Below are positions 1-9,267 of a DNA stretch of 64,000 bases, piece by piece (within the stretch, counting starts at the first letter, position 1; the number at the start of each line of letters is the position of its first letter). Position numbers and translations under genes: made by a program. The notes below the pieces were generated by a model, which saw nothing but the letters and a program-made list of their open reading frames with translations, was not told the DNA's origin and ran no database searches. This stretch comes from an uncultured Acidobacteriota bacterium (GTDB taxonomy: Bacteria > Acidobacteriota > Vicinamibacteria > Fen-336), in assembly GCA_963720545.1 (NCBI GenBank), contig OY970399.1:3328001-3392000 (forward strand), read 5' to 3'.

Positions 1-453
1 GCTCGCCTCGTAGGACATCACGCGGTTGGCCAGGTCGCGCGCGGTCTCGAGCGTCGCCGGGAACTGCCCCGGACCCTGGAAGCCGTCCACGCGGTGCACC
101 ATCGTGCCGGTCGGCGAGATGAAGATGATGGTGGGCAGGTCGCGCACGTTGTAGTCGGTGGCGATGCGCTGTTCTTCCTGCGAACCTTCCGTGTCCACCT
201 TCACGGCGACGAACGACTCGGCGACGATCTCGGCCACCCGGTCGTCGCGGTAGGTGGTCTTGTCGAGGCGGTGGCACCAGCCGCACCACTCGGCGCGGAA
301 GTCGATCATGATCGCGCGGTGCTCCTTCTGCGCGCGGCGCACCGCCTTCTCGTAGCTCTTCTCGAAGACGATGCCGGCAAACAGCGGCGACGCAGACGCG
401 GTCAGCGTCGTCGCCAGCGTCAGCATGCCGGCCGAGGACCTCAGGCTCGACAT
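1..453 (-). CDS. Exported thioredoxin-fold protein (3' end runs off the window)
   Basis: Manual translation: MSSLRSSAGMLTLATTLTASASPLFAGIVFEKSYEKA...IMIDFRAEWCGWCHRLDKTTY...LPTIIFISP. Signal-like N-terminus, WCxxC motif and the cis-Pro LPT loop. Absent from the ORF track because it has no stop in the window. Confidence 0.85.
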   Translation of the reverse strand, partial: MSSLRSSAGMLTLATTLTASASPLFAGIVFEKSYEKAVRRAQKEHRAIMIDFRAEWCGWCHRLDKTTYRDDRVAEIVAESFVAVKVDTEGSQEEQRIATDYNVRDLPTIIFISPTGTMVHRVDGFQGPGQFPATLETARDLANRVMSYEAS

Positions 454-1169
454 GCGGCCTCGCACGACTGGAGGAAGGCGGAAAAGAGCGGTGCAAACTC
501 GTCGCCGTGCCCGAAGAAGCCTTCGGGATGCCACTGCACGCCCACCACGAAGCGGCGATCGGGCCGCTCCACGCCCTCGATCACCGAGTCGGCCGCGCGC
601 GCGCTGACCACCAGGCCGGTGCCGAGGCGTGCGATCGCCTGGTGGTGGAAGCTGTTCACCGGCACCTGCGGGCGCTTGCCGAGCATCTCGTAAAGGCGCG
701 TGCCGGCGGCCACCGCCACGTCATGAGCGTGGCCATGCCGCTCGCCGCCCGGGTCGTGTTCGCGGTGGCCTTTCACCTGGCTCGGGATGTCCTGCACCAG
801 CGTGCCGCCGAGCGCCACGTTCAGCACCTGGATGCCGCGGCAGATGGCGAGGAGCGGCAGGTCCCTGGCGACCGCCGCCTGCGCCAGCGCGATCTCGAAG
901 ACGTCGCGGTCGCGGTGGATGTCGGCTTCGGCCACCGCCGCGTGCCGCGGCTCGCCGAACAGCGCCGGATCGATGTCGCTGCCGCCGGTGAGCAGCACGC
1001 CGTCGAGGTTGTCGAGGATTTCGCCGACGTCGTTGGGCTTGCCCGGCGCGAGCCCGAAGACGAGGCCGCCGACCGCTTCGATGGCGCCGAAATACTCCTG
1101 GCGCTGCGCGAAGCGCTGCACCGTGCCGGCCTCATGGTGCGCGAGCGTGACGCCGATGCGCGGCCGCAT
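441..1169 (-). CDS. Gamma-glutamyl-gamma-aminobutyrate hydrolase family (peptidase C26, class I glutamine amidotransferase)
   Basis: C-terminal part of ORF 441..3197: MRPRIGVT...LLTGGSDIDP...LAICRGIQVLNVALGGTL...VNSFHHQ...VQWHPE. ATG overlaps the argS stop (TGATG). Confidence 0.9.
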   Translation of the reverse strand: MRPRIGVTLAHHEAGTVQRFAQRQEYFGAIEAVGGLVFGLAPGKPNDVGEILDNLDGVLLTGGSDIDPALFGEPRHAAVAEADIHRDRDVFEIALAQAAVARDLPLLAICRGIQVLNVALGGTLVQDIPSQVKGHREHDPGGERHGHAHDVAVAAGTRLYEMLGKRPQVPVNSFHHQAIARLGTGLVVSARAADSVIEGVERPDRRFVVGVQWHPEGFFGHGDEFAPLFSAFLQSCEAACRA

Positions 1170-3109
1170 CACATCTTCTCCGGCAGCGGGATGCCGAGCC
1201 GCTCGAGGAGCCAGTCCATCTGCGCGACGAACAGGTCGACCACGTTGGCGCGCGCCATGCGCTCGACTTCGCTCGCGGCGTGCAGCACGGTGTGCGCCGG
1301 GTTCTGGTAGTAGCCGTGGAACGCCTGTGCCACCGCGAACGTGTGGCGGGCGAGGAGCGCCACTTCCTGGGAGCGCACCACCGCCTCGCAGACCTCGTCG
1401 GTGCGCGCCATCAGCGCGAACAGGTCCCACACCTCGGCGCCTTCGGCGGTGGCGAGGAACGCCTTCCAGTCGATCGCGGCGGTGGCGGCGCGGATGGTGG
1501 CGAGGCCGTGGCCGGCGCCGGACAGGCGCGCGAGGATGCTGCGCGCGCGCACCACGCTGTTCTGCAGGTAGGGGCCGGTCTCGCCGGTGAAGGCGAGCGC
1601 CTCGTCCATGTCGAAGACGATGACCTTGTTGCGCCCGTAGCGCACCAGGAAGTAGCGCAGCGCCCCCACCGCGATCGCGCGCGCCGAGCGCACCTTCTCG
1701 GCGCTGTCGCGCGTCGCACCCTCGTCGCGGGTGTCGATCTCTCTGAGCGCCTTCGTGACCAGAGCGTCGAGCAGGTCGTCGGCCTTCACCCCGAGGCCCT
1801 TGCGCCCCGACACCTTCACCGCCTGCTCCTCGGACACCTCGTAGCCCAGGGCGCGGGCGGTGGCGGGGGAGAGCACCACCTTCTCGTAGCCGAGGTGATG
1901 GCTGTGTTCGGCGCCTTCGGCATGACCCAGCGCGGCGACACCGGCGCGCACCACGCGCTGCGGATACGACTGGCCGACGTCGATGACGTTGTAGACGTCG
2001 CGCGCGTGGCCGAAGACGGGTGCGCCGCTGTCGCCCGGTGTCGACGAGGTCACCCAGACAGGCTGGCCGGCGAGTTCTTCGCGGCGGTAGTAGAAGTCCT
2101 GGCCGAGCTTGCCGAGCTTCCAGAGTTGGTAGGCGATGTCCTTGCCGGTGTACGTAACCGTGCCGTTGGAGCGCACCAGGATCTTGTCCTCGTCGTCGCT
2201 GTCGCCCTCCATCGCCAGCACCCAGCAGCCTTTTGCCTTGCCTTCCGCCTCGAAGCGGATGGCGCCGCTCTCCTGCAGCAGCTTGAAGGCGCGGTCCCAG
2301 AAGTGCAGGTGCAGGACGTCGCTCTCGTGGGCGACCAGGTCGTAGTGGATGCCGAGCCGCGCCATGGTGCGCAGGTGGCATTCGACGATGCGCCGCGCGA
2401 TGTCGTCGGCGAGGCTCGCCACCTCGCTGTCGCCGGCCTCGATCGCGTGCAGCACCTGCGCCTGCAGCGCCTTGTTGGCGGGATCTTTGGCATAGAACTC
2501 GCCGACCTTCGCGTACAGGTCCCAGCAGTAGTAGTCGAACTTGTCGTGGATCGCGGCCACCTCGGCGCGGGTCTTCTTCTCGAGGTGCAGGAAGCCCACC
2601 ACCACGTCGGCCACCTGCACGCCGGTGTCGTCGATGTAGTTCTGCACCACCACGTGGTGGCCGCGGGCGCGCAGCACCCGCACCAGCGTGTCGCCGAGGA
2701 CGGCGTTGCGCAGGTGGCCGATGTGCGCCGCCTTGTTGGGGTTGATGCTCGTGTGTTCGACGATCACCAGGCCCGGCAGCTGCTGCGGCGCGCGTGGCTC
2801 GCGCAGTGCTTCGACCAGCCGTGCAGCGAACGGTGCGCGCTCGAGGAACAAGTTGACGTAGCCGGCGCCGGCGACGTCCACACGCTGCACGCCGGGCACC
2901 GACTGCAACGCGGCGGCCAGCTGTTCCGCGATCTCGCGCGGCTTGCGCTTCAGCGAACGCGCCAGCTCGAAGGGCGCCGCGCTCGCCAGGTCGCCGAGCG
3001 CCGAGGTGCGCGGATACTGGAAGGACACCTGGTCGAGCTGTGCGTCGAAGGCGGCGCGAATGGCGTCTCGCACTCGACCGGCCAGCTGCTCGTGATAGTC
3101 GAGGATCAT
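1169..3109 (-). CDS. argS: Arginine--tRNA ligase
   Basis: EHTSINPNKAAHIGHLRN (HIGH), LVRSNGTVTYTGKDIAY, KVSGRKG, GETGPYLQ anticodon-domain motif. Confidence 0.96.
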   Translation of the reverse strand: MILDYHEQLAGRVRDAIRAAFDAQLDQVSFQYPRTSALGDLASAAPFELARSLKRKPREIAEQLAAALQSVPGVQRVDVAGAGYVNLFLERAPFAARLVEALREPRAPQQLPGLVIVEHTSINPNKAAHIGHLRNAVLGDTLVRVLRARGHHVVVQNYIDDTGVQVADVVVGFLHLEKKTRAEVAAIHDKFDYYCWDLYAKVGEFYAKDPANKALQAQVLHAIEAGDSEVASLADDIARRIVECHLRTMARLGIHYDLVAHESDVLHLHFWDRAFKLLQESGAIRFEAEGKAKGCWVLAMEGDSDDEDKILVRSNGTVTYTGKDIAYQLWKLGKLGQDFYYRREELAGQPVWVTSSTPGDSGAPVFGHARDVYNVIDVGQSYPQRVVRAGVAALGHAEGAEHSHHLGYEKVVLSPATARALGYEVSEEQAVKVSGRKGLGVKADDLLDALVTKALREIDTRDEGATRDSAEKVRSARAIAVGALRYFLVRYGRNKVIVFDMDEALAFTGETGPYLQNSVVRARSILARLSGAGHGLATIRAATAAIDWKAFLATAEGAEVWDLFALMARTDEVCEAVVRSQEVALLARHTFAVAQAFHGYYQNPAHTVLHAASEVERMARANVVDLFVAQMDWLLERLGIPLPEKM

Positions 3110-3144
3110 TGCGGGGCGCCTTGAGGGACCAGGGCGAGAAGGAA

Positions 3145-3150
3145 ATTATA
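3145..3150 (-). promoter_or_regulatory. Putative sigma70 -10 element for argS
   Basis: Perfect TATAAT on the minus strand about 35 nt upstream of the argS ATG. Confidence 0.55.
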
Positions 3151-3268
3151 GCGAGCGCGCGGCGGCCCCGCTGCGAGGGTTGGTGGGCGCTTGCCAAATC
3201 ATGTAAAGGCCCGCGGTTGTGTGGCTTCCGCCACAGGCGGTCGCCGCGGCGCTGTTACGATCGATCTC

Positions 3269-3703
3269 GTGAAACGCCTGCTCGCCGCATGTCTCGCACT
3301 GCTTCCGGCAACCGTGCTGGCCGGGGCCAACAGCACCGACTTCTCGGTCAGCGCAACCTTCGTTGCAGCGAAGAAGAAGTCGTCGCCGGCGTCGATCTCG
3401 ATCCTGTTCAAGCCCGCGAGCCCCGACGTGCGCATCAACGCCGAGCCGGGGCCGCGCCTCAAGCTCGATCCCGGGCAGAAGGTGCTCACGTACACGCCGC
3501 CGCCGGGCGTCATGGCGCCGCCGAGCTTCGATCCCGCGTTCGCGAAATACCTCGACCTCAGCAAGCCGCTCAGCTTCAACGTCACGCACGCCCCCGGCAC
3601 CGGCAAGAAATGGATCGATGGCAGCGTCGTCTACTTCTACTGCTCGAAGAAAGAGGGTTGGTGCAAGAAGGGCACGTCGAGCTTCGAGGTGAGCGTCGAC
3701 TAG
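3269..3703 (+). CDS. Exported hypothetical protein, possibly DsbD N-terminal (Ig-like) domain family
   Basis: GTG start then signal peptide KRLLAACLALLPATVLA; C-terminal YFYCSKKEGWC Cys pair; typical high-GC codon usage. Confidence 0.65.
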   Translation: MKRLLAACLALLPATVLAGANSTDFSVSATFVAAKKKSSPASISILFKPASPDVRINAEPGPRLKLDPGQKVLTYTPPPGVMAPPSFDPAFAKYLDLSKPLSFNVTHAPGTGKKWIDGSVVYFYCSKKEGWCKKGTSSFEVSVD

Positions 3704-4320
3704 CGCGTGCCGTGCGGCGGCCGCAGGCGGTCGTAGTCGCCCGGAGCGTTCAGGTTCGCGAACAGCCGCACGGGGTCGCCAAAGCGGCGCAACACGTCCT
3801 CCTCCACCAGCCGGCAGGAAACCCCGGCCCAGAAATCGGTCATCCTGAACTGTCCCTGCGCCGCGCTGCGGCGCGCCGGCTCCAGGCAGGCGGTGCTGTA
3901 AGCCGCGCACAGGGGCTCGGGCCCTTCCGGGCCATGCGGCACCGCGATGTCTACGCCCAACCTGTCGCGCGCACGCGCTATTTCAAGCAGCAGCTCGGAG
4001 CCGGCGAGCGGCATGTCGATGCCCAGCAGGAACGCCGCCGCGAAGCCCTCGGCGCGCGCCGTTTCGAGAGCCGCGCAGAGTCCGCCGAGCGGACCGGCAT
4101 CTTTCGGGTCGTCGAGAACCAGGGGCGCGCCGTATTCCTCGTAGCGGCATTCCGAGCCCGCGAGGATCCGCGCGTCGCCGAACGCAGCGCGCAGGGTCTG
4201 CAGGGCATGGCCGAGGAGCGTCGTCCCTTCCCACGGCAAGAGCGCCTTGTCGCGGCCCATGCGCGTGCTGCGGCCCCCGGCCGCGGCGAAGCCGAGGATG
4301 CCGACGGATTCTGGTTCCAA
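3700..4320 (-). CDS. mobA: Molybdenum cofactor guanylyltransferase
   Basis: AGGRSTRMGRDKALL, GPLGGL, DMP, EPLCAAY, NLNAPGD. TTG start at 4320 is inferred. Confidence 0.88.
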   Translation of the reverse strand: MEPESVGILGFAAAGGRSTRMGRDKALLPWEGTTLLGHALQTLRAAFGDARILAGSECRYEEYGAPLVLDDPKDAGPLGGLCAALETARAEGFAAAFLLGIDMPLAGSELLLEIARARDRLGVDIAVPHGPEGPEPLCAAYSTACLEPARRSAAQGQFRMTDFWAGVSCRLVEEDVLRRFGDPVRLFANLNAPGDYDRLRPPHGTR

Positions 4321-4351
4321 GTGCGTAGACCGAAGTCTATCCTCGGGCCAT

Positions 4352-4477
4352 ATGTGGCCCTCGATGCCGTACATGGCGATAGGCGCGATCGTGGTGATGA
4401 TCGTCGTCTTCCTGCTGTTCGTGCGCAAGCAGAAGCCGCCGAACGTCGGCGGTGGCGGGCGCCCCGACCCGCAGTAA
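4352..4477 (+). CDS. Small single-pass membrane protein (41 aa)
   Basis: MWPSMPYMAIGAIVVMIVVFLLFVRKQKPPNVGGGGRPDPQ: one hydrophobic helix followed by RKQK; GC-ending codons; TATCCT 8 nt upstream. Confidence 0.6.
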   Translation: MWPSMPYMAIGAIVVMIVVFLLFVRKQKPPNVGGGGRPDPQ

Positions 4478-4503
4478 TCGCACCGCAAGCGTTAGAGTGC
4501 GGC

Positions 4504-5331
4504 GTGCGCCATGCCCTCGCTGCCAGCTTCGAGTGCGCGCTCCTGCTCGCGGCAGCGGCCAGCACCAGCGCGCACGACCTGTTCTTTCGCGCGCCGGCCT
4601 ATGTTGTTTCTCCGGGGGCGAAGCTGTCGGTGGACGTGCTCAGCGGCACCTTCAGCAGGAGCGAGAATGCCATCACACGCGACCGGCTGACAGACCTGTC
4701 GGTCATGGCGCCTTCCGGGCGAGTGCGCCTGGAACAGTCGGCATGGAGCGAGGCGGAGCCGCGCAGCAGCGTCTCGGTCACCACCGCGGAGCCTGGCAGC
4801 TACGTGCTGGGCGCGTCGCTGCGCCCGATGATGCTGGTGCTGAACGGCGCCGATTTCACCGCGTACCTGAAGGAAGAGGGCATCGAGGAGATCCTCGCGC
4901 TGCGCGCGCGCCAGAAGCGCCAGGGCGAGGGTTCCCGCGAGCGCTACTCGAAGTACGTTAAGGCCATCGTGCAGGCGGGCGCGCTCGCGACCAAAAACGC
5001 CAGCGAGGCGCTCGGCTACGCGGCGGAAATCGTGCCGGAAACCAACCCGTACTCGCTGGCTCCGGGCGCAGCGCTCACGGTGCGCTGCATCGTGGACGGC
5101 AAGCCGTGGGCGCACAAGGTGATCTTCGCCGGCGGCCGCAAGGGTGCGAGCGACGTCCGCCTGCCGCAGCAGCGGCTCGTCACCGACGCCGCGGGGCGTG
5201 CCACTCTCAAGCTCACGGCCGCGGGGACCTGGTACGTCAAGTTCGTGGCCATGACCGAGATCAGCGACCCCGAGGCGAACTACGAGTCGAAATGGTCCAC
5301 GCTCAGCTTCGCTGTGGGGGAGAAGCCCTAG
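4504..5331 (+). CDS. DUF4198-like periplasmic protein
   Basis: Signal peptide then AHDLFF; FTAYLKEEG, ERYSKYVKA, EIVPETNPY, TDAAGRA, YESKWSTLSF. Confidence 0.8.
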   Translation: MRHALAASFECALLLAAAASTSAHDLFFRAPAYVVSPGAKLSVDVLSGTFSRSENAITRDRLTDLSVMAPSGRVRLEQSAWSEAEPRSSVSVTTAEPGSYVLGASLRPMMLVLNGADFTAYLKEEGIEEILALRARQKRQGEGSRERYSKYVKAIVQAGALATKNASEALGYAAEIVPETNPYSLAPGAALTVRCIVDGKPWAHKVIFAGGRKGASDVRLPQQRLVTDAAGRATLKLTAAGTWYVKFVAMTEISDPEANYESKWSTLSFAVGEKP

Positions 5332-5350
5332 CACTTCTATAATCGAAGCA

Positions 5351-7156
5351 GTGCCCCTCCCCGGACCCCTGAAGGACAAGCTGGAAACGCTGCCGCACCG
5401 GCCCGGGGTGTACCTCTTCAAGGGGCGCAACGGCGAGGTCGTGTACGTCGGCAAGGCGCGGGTGCTGCGCGACCGCGTGCGCTCGTACTTCCAGGCCTCG
5501 GCGGCGCCCAACCCATGGCGCGGGCCGATGATCGACGAGGTCGAGGATCTCGACCTGGTGATCACCGACAGCGAGATGGAAGCCCTGGCGCTCGAGAACA
5601 ACTTCATCAAGAAGCACAAGCCCCGCTACAACGTGCTGTTGCGCGACGACAAGAACCACCCGTACCTCAAGCTCACGCTCACCGAGGACTATCCGCGGCT
5701 GCACGTGGTGCGGCGGCCCGGCGAGAACGGCGACGCCTACGGCGGGCCTTACATCCCCGCGGTGCTCGGGCGGCGCACCGCGAACGTGGTGCACCGCGTG
5801 TTCGGCATCCGCTCGTGCAAGGAAACCCTGAACGGCAGGCGCGCGCGCCCGTGCCTGCAGTTCCAGATCCACCGCTGCCTCGCGCCGTGTGTCGTCGAGA
5901 TCTGCACGCCCGAGGCTTATCGCGCCGCGGCTGACGACGCGGCGCTGTTCCTCGAGGGCCGCAGCGACGAGCTGGTGGACAAGCTGCACGCGCAGATGGA
6001 CGATGCCGCGACGCACGAGCGCTACGAGGAAGCCGGCACGCTGCGCGATCACATCCGCGCGCTGCAGCGCCTGGAGGCGCCGCAGAAGATCACCACCACC
6101 GACCTCGAGGAGCGCGACCTGTTCGGCGCCTACGTACACGGCGAGCGCGCCGCGCTGCAGGTGTTCGCGGTGCGCGACGGCAAGGTGGTGTCGCGCGACG
6201 CCTTCCTGCAGGACCGGGTGGTGGAGCCGGAGCTGTTCCTCGCCTCCTCGATCCAGCAGTACTACGCCGCGGGCCGCTATGTGCCGCGCGAGATCCTGGT
6301 GGCGGACGAGCTGCCGGACCGCGAGCTGCTGCAGGCGTGGCTCACCGCAAGGCGCGGCACCAACGTGCGCATCCGCCAGCCGCAGCGCGGCGAGAAGGTG
6401 CGCCTGCTGGAGCTGGTGCTGAGCAACGCGCGCCTTTCGTACGACCTCGAGTGGCGGCATCCGCGCAAGCAGACGCAGGAGCTGCTGCGCGCGCTGCGCG
6501 ACCTGCTCGACCTCGAGGTGGAGCCGAAGCGCATCGAGTGCTTCGACATCTCGAACATCCAGGGCGCCGAGATCGTCGCCTCGATGGTGGTGTTCGAGGA
6601 CGGCGTGCCGAAGAAGTCGGAATACCGAAAGTTCCGGATCCGCACGGTCGTGGGCAGTCCCGACGACTTCGCCTCGATGCGCGAGGTGGTGGGGCGGCGC
6701 TACAAGCGCCTCCTCGAAGAGGGCAAGGACCTGCCCGACCTCATCATCATCGACGGCGGCAAGGGCCAGCTGGGCGCGGCGCTCGAGGCATTGAACGAGC
6801 TGGGGCTGGGTTCACAGAACCTCGTCAGCCTGGCGAAGCGCGAGGAGCTGATCCACGTGCCCGGCCGTCCGGAGCCGATCGCCCTGCCACATCACTCGCC
6901 GGTGCTGCAGCTCGTGCAGCGCGCGCGCGACGAGGCGCACCGCTTCGCCGTCGGCTACCACCGCAAGGCGCGTTCGGCGCGCACCATCGCCTCGGAGCTC
7001 GATGCCATCCCCGGCATCGGCCCCGCCAAGCGCCGGCGGCTGCTGTCCCGGTTCGGTTCGGTGCGCGGCGTGCGCTCGGCGTCACCTGCCGAACTCGCCG
7101 CCGCCGTGGGCCCCGCCATGGCGGGCCGCGTCCGCAAGCACTTCGGCCTGTCCTGA
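5351..7156 (+). CDS. uvrC: Excinuclease ABC subunit C
   Basis: PGVYLF...YVGKA..LRDRVRSYF (GIY-YIG), IECFDISN, IIDGGKGQL, RDEAHRFA, HhH IPGIGP. Confidence 0.97.
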   Translation: MPLPGPLKDKLETLPHRPGVYLFKGRNGEVVYVGKARVLRDRVRSYFQASAAPNPWRGPMIDEVEDLDLVITDSEMEALALENNFIKKHKPRYNVLLRDDKNHPYLKLTLTEDYPRLHVVRRPGENGDAYGGPYIPAVLGRRTANVVHRVFGIRSCKETLNGRRARPCLQFQIHRCLAPCVVEICTPEAYRAAADDAALFLEGRSDELVDKLHAQMDDAATHERYEEAGTLRDHIRALQRLEAPQKITTTDLEERDLFGAYVHGERAALQVFAVRDGKVVSRDAFLQDRVVEPELFLASSIQQYYAAGRYVPREILVADELPDRELLQAWLTARRGTNVRIRQPQRGEKVRLLELVLSNARLSYDLEWRHPRKQTQELLRALRDLLDLEVEPKRIECFDISNIQGAEIVASMVVFEDGVPKKSEYRKFRIRTVVGSPDDFASMREVVGRRYKRLLEEGKDLPDLIIIDGGKGQLGAALEALNELGLGSQNLVSLAKREELIHVPGRPEPIALPHHSPVLQLVQRARDEAHRFAVGYHRKARSARTIASELDAIPGIGPAKRRRLLSRFGSVRGVRSASPAELAAAVGPAMAGRVRKHFGLS

Positions 7157-7187
7157 TAACATCGCCGCCTTGACCGGGACCAACTAA

Positions 7188-8558
7188 ATGCAGGACATGA
7201 CCTCGGGCCCGGTGCGCGGCCACGTCCTGTCGATGTCGGCGTTCATCGCCATGAGCACGCTGTTCCAGACGCTCTACTTCCTGGCTGACCTCTTTTTCGT
7301 CGGCAAGCTGGGGCCGCAGGCGGTGGCGGGCGTGATGCTCGGCGGCAACCTCATGATGTTCGTGGTGGCGCTGACCCAGTCGCTCGGCGTCGGTACCACT
7401 GCCGTCATCGGCCAGTCGCTCGGCGCGCGCGACGTGCCGCGCGCCAACACCGCCTTCAACCAGGCCTTCGTGCTGTCGCTGCTGGTCGGCGTCGCGTTCG
7501 CAGTCTGCGCGTGGGCGCTGCGCGCGCCGTACTGCCGGCGCCTGGGCGCCGACGATGCAACCGCCGCCCAGGGCCTCGCATATCTCTCCTGGTTCATCCC
7601 TGCTCTCTTCATGAACTTCGTGCTGGTGGCGATGGGCGCGGCGTTGCGCGGCATGGGCGACATGAAAGCGCCGATGCTGATCCAGATCGGCTCGGTGGTG
7701 CTGAACGTGATCCTGGCGCCGGTCCTCATGTTCGGCTGGCTGACGGGGCGCCCGATGGGCGTCGCCGGCACCGCGCTGGCCTCTTTCATCGCCGTCGTCT
7801 GCGGCGCCACCGCCTTCGCGCTGCTGTTCCGCCGCGCACGCACGATCCGCTTCGACCCCGCGCAGTGGACGCCGCAGCCGAGGCTTTGGTGGCAGATGCT
7901 GCGCATCGGCCTGCCTGCCGGCGGCGAGTTCGTGGTGCTGACGGCCTACCTGGTGTTCGTCTACGGCCTGCTCAAGCCGTTCGGCTCGATCGCGCAGGCC
8001 GGTTTCGGCATCGGCGGCCGGGTGATGCAGGCCCTCTTCCTGCCGGCGGTGGCCGTCGGCTTCGCGGCGGCGCCGGTGGCGGCGCAGAACTTCGGCGCGA
8101 AGCAGGGACCGCGGGTGCGCGAGACCTTCCGCGCCGCCGGCGTCATCTGCAGCGTCCTCATGATCGCGGCGACCATCGTCTGCCACATCGCGCCGCGCGC
8201 GCTCATCGGCGTGTTCAGCAAGGACGCCGCGGTCATCGAGTTCGGCGCCGACTACCTGCGCATCATCAGCTGGAACTTCCTCGCCACCGGCCTCATCTTC
8301 GCGAGCTCCAGCGTCTTCCAGGGCATGGGCAACACGGTGCCGCCGCTCCTCAGCTCGTTCACCCGCCTGCTGCTTTTCATGATCCCGGCGTGGCTCATGT
8401 CGCGCCAGCCCGGCTTCGACGTACGCCACGTCTGGTATCTCTCGGTCGGTACGGTGCTGCTGCAGTTGTTCGCCAACCTCTGGCTGCTGCACCGCGAATT
8501 CGAGCGCCGCCTGCGCTTTCCCGTGGCCATAGCACCGCCGGTGAGCGCCCCGGTTTAG
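7188..8558 (+). CDS. MATE family efflux transporter
   Basis: About 12 TM segments; DLFFVGKLG, LRGMGDMKAP, AQNFGAKQ, FQGMGNT. Confidence 0.92.
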   Translation: MQDMTSGPVRGHVLSMSAFIAMSTLFQTLYFLADLFFVGKLGPQAVAGVMLGGNLMMFVVALTQSLGVGTTAVIGQSLGARDVPRANTAFNQAFVLSLLVGVAFAVCAWALRAPYCRRLGADDATAAQGLAYLSWFIPALFMNFVLVAMGAALRGMGDMKAPMLIQIGSVVLNVILAPVLMFGWLTGRPMGVAGTALASFIAVVCGATAFALLFRRARTIRFDPAQWTPQPRLWWQMLRIGLPAGGEFVVLTAYLVFVYGLLKPFGSIAQAGFGIGGRVMQALFLPAVAVGFAAAPVAAQNFGAKQGPRVRETFRAAGVICSVLMIAATIVCHIAPRALIGVFSKDAAVIEFGADYLRIISWNFLATGLIFASSSVFQGMGNTVPPLLSSFTRLLLFMIPAWLMSRQPGFDVRHVWYLSVGTVLLQLFANLWLLHREFERRLRFPVAIAPPVSAPV

Positions 8559-8592
8559 GTGCTACGATCCGAGGCTTCGCGAAAGGACGCTT

Positions 8593-9258
8593 TTGAGTTT
8601 CGACCTGCAGAATCTGGCGAACGGGCTCGTCTTCTACGTCATCCTCCTCTTCAGCCTGTCGTTTCATGAGTCCGCACACGCCTGGGCGGCGCTGAAGATG
8701 GGCGACGACACCGCCGCGCGCCTCGGCCGTATCAGCCTCAACCCGCTGGTGCACATCGACCCGATCGGCACGCTGATCCTGCCGCTGGTGCAGATCCTGT
8801 CCACCGGCTCGCTGTTCCTCGGCTGGGCGAAGCCGACGCCCTACAACCCGGCGAACTTCGACCGCAGGCATTCGCTCGCCAAGGGGCACGTGCGCGTTGC
8901 CGCGGCCGGGCCGCTCTCGAATGTCCTGCTCGCTGTGATCTTCACGGTCATCCTCGCGATCATGGTGCGCACCGGCATGCCGCTCAGCAACTTCGCGCTG
9001 CGCGTGTTGACGATCGGCATCATGCTCAACGTCGGCCTCGCGATCTTCAACCTCATCCCGTTGCCGCCGCTCGACGGCTCGAAGGTGGCGCTCTACGGGC
9101 TGCCGCGCTCCGCCGGCGAGCTCTACGACACTTACATCTCGCCGTACGGCGCCTGGATCCTGCTGGCGCTGGTGCTGAGCGGCGGGTTGTCCTATTTCAT
9201 CAGGCCGCTGCAGTACTTCATCCTGCTCGGCGTGCGCGCGATCGCCGGCGCCGGCTAG
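8593..9258 (+). CDS. Site-2 protease (peptidase M50)
   Basis: HESAH zinc motif, AAAGPLSN, FNLIPLPPLDG; located directly upstream of trpS. Confidence 0.93.
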   Translation: MSFDLQNLANGLVFYVILLFSLSFHESAHAWAALKMGDDTAARLGRISLNPLVHIDPIGTLILPLVQILSTGSLFLGWAKPTPYNPANFDRRHSLAKGHVRVAAAGPLSNVLLAVIFTVILAIMVRTGMPLSNFALRVLTIGIMLNVGLAIFNLIPLPPLDGSKVALYGLPRSAGELYDTYISPYGAWILLALVLSGGLSYFIRPLQYFILLGVRAIAGAG

Positions 9259-9267
9259 CGGACGGGA

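Noticed and set aside
441..3197. Apparent fusions in the ORF track (441..3197, 3040..5331, 18935..21175, 22044..24323, 32530..34704, 46686..49559)
   Set aside because: Only the C-terminal parts are protein-like; the N-terminal parts are open frames over neighbouring genes
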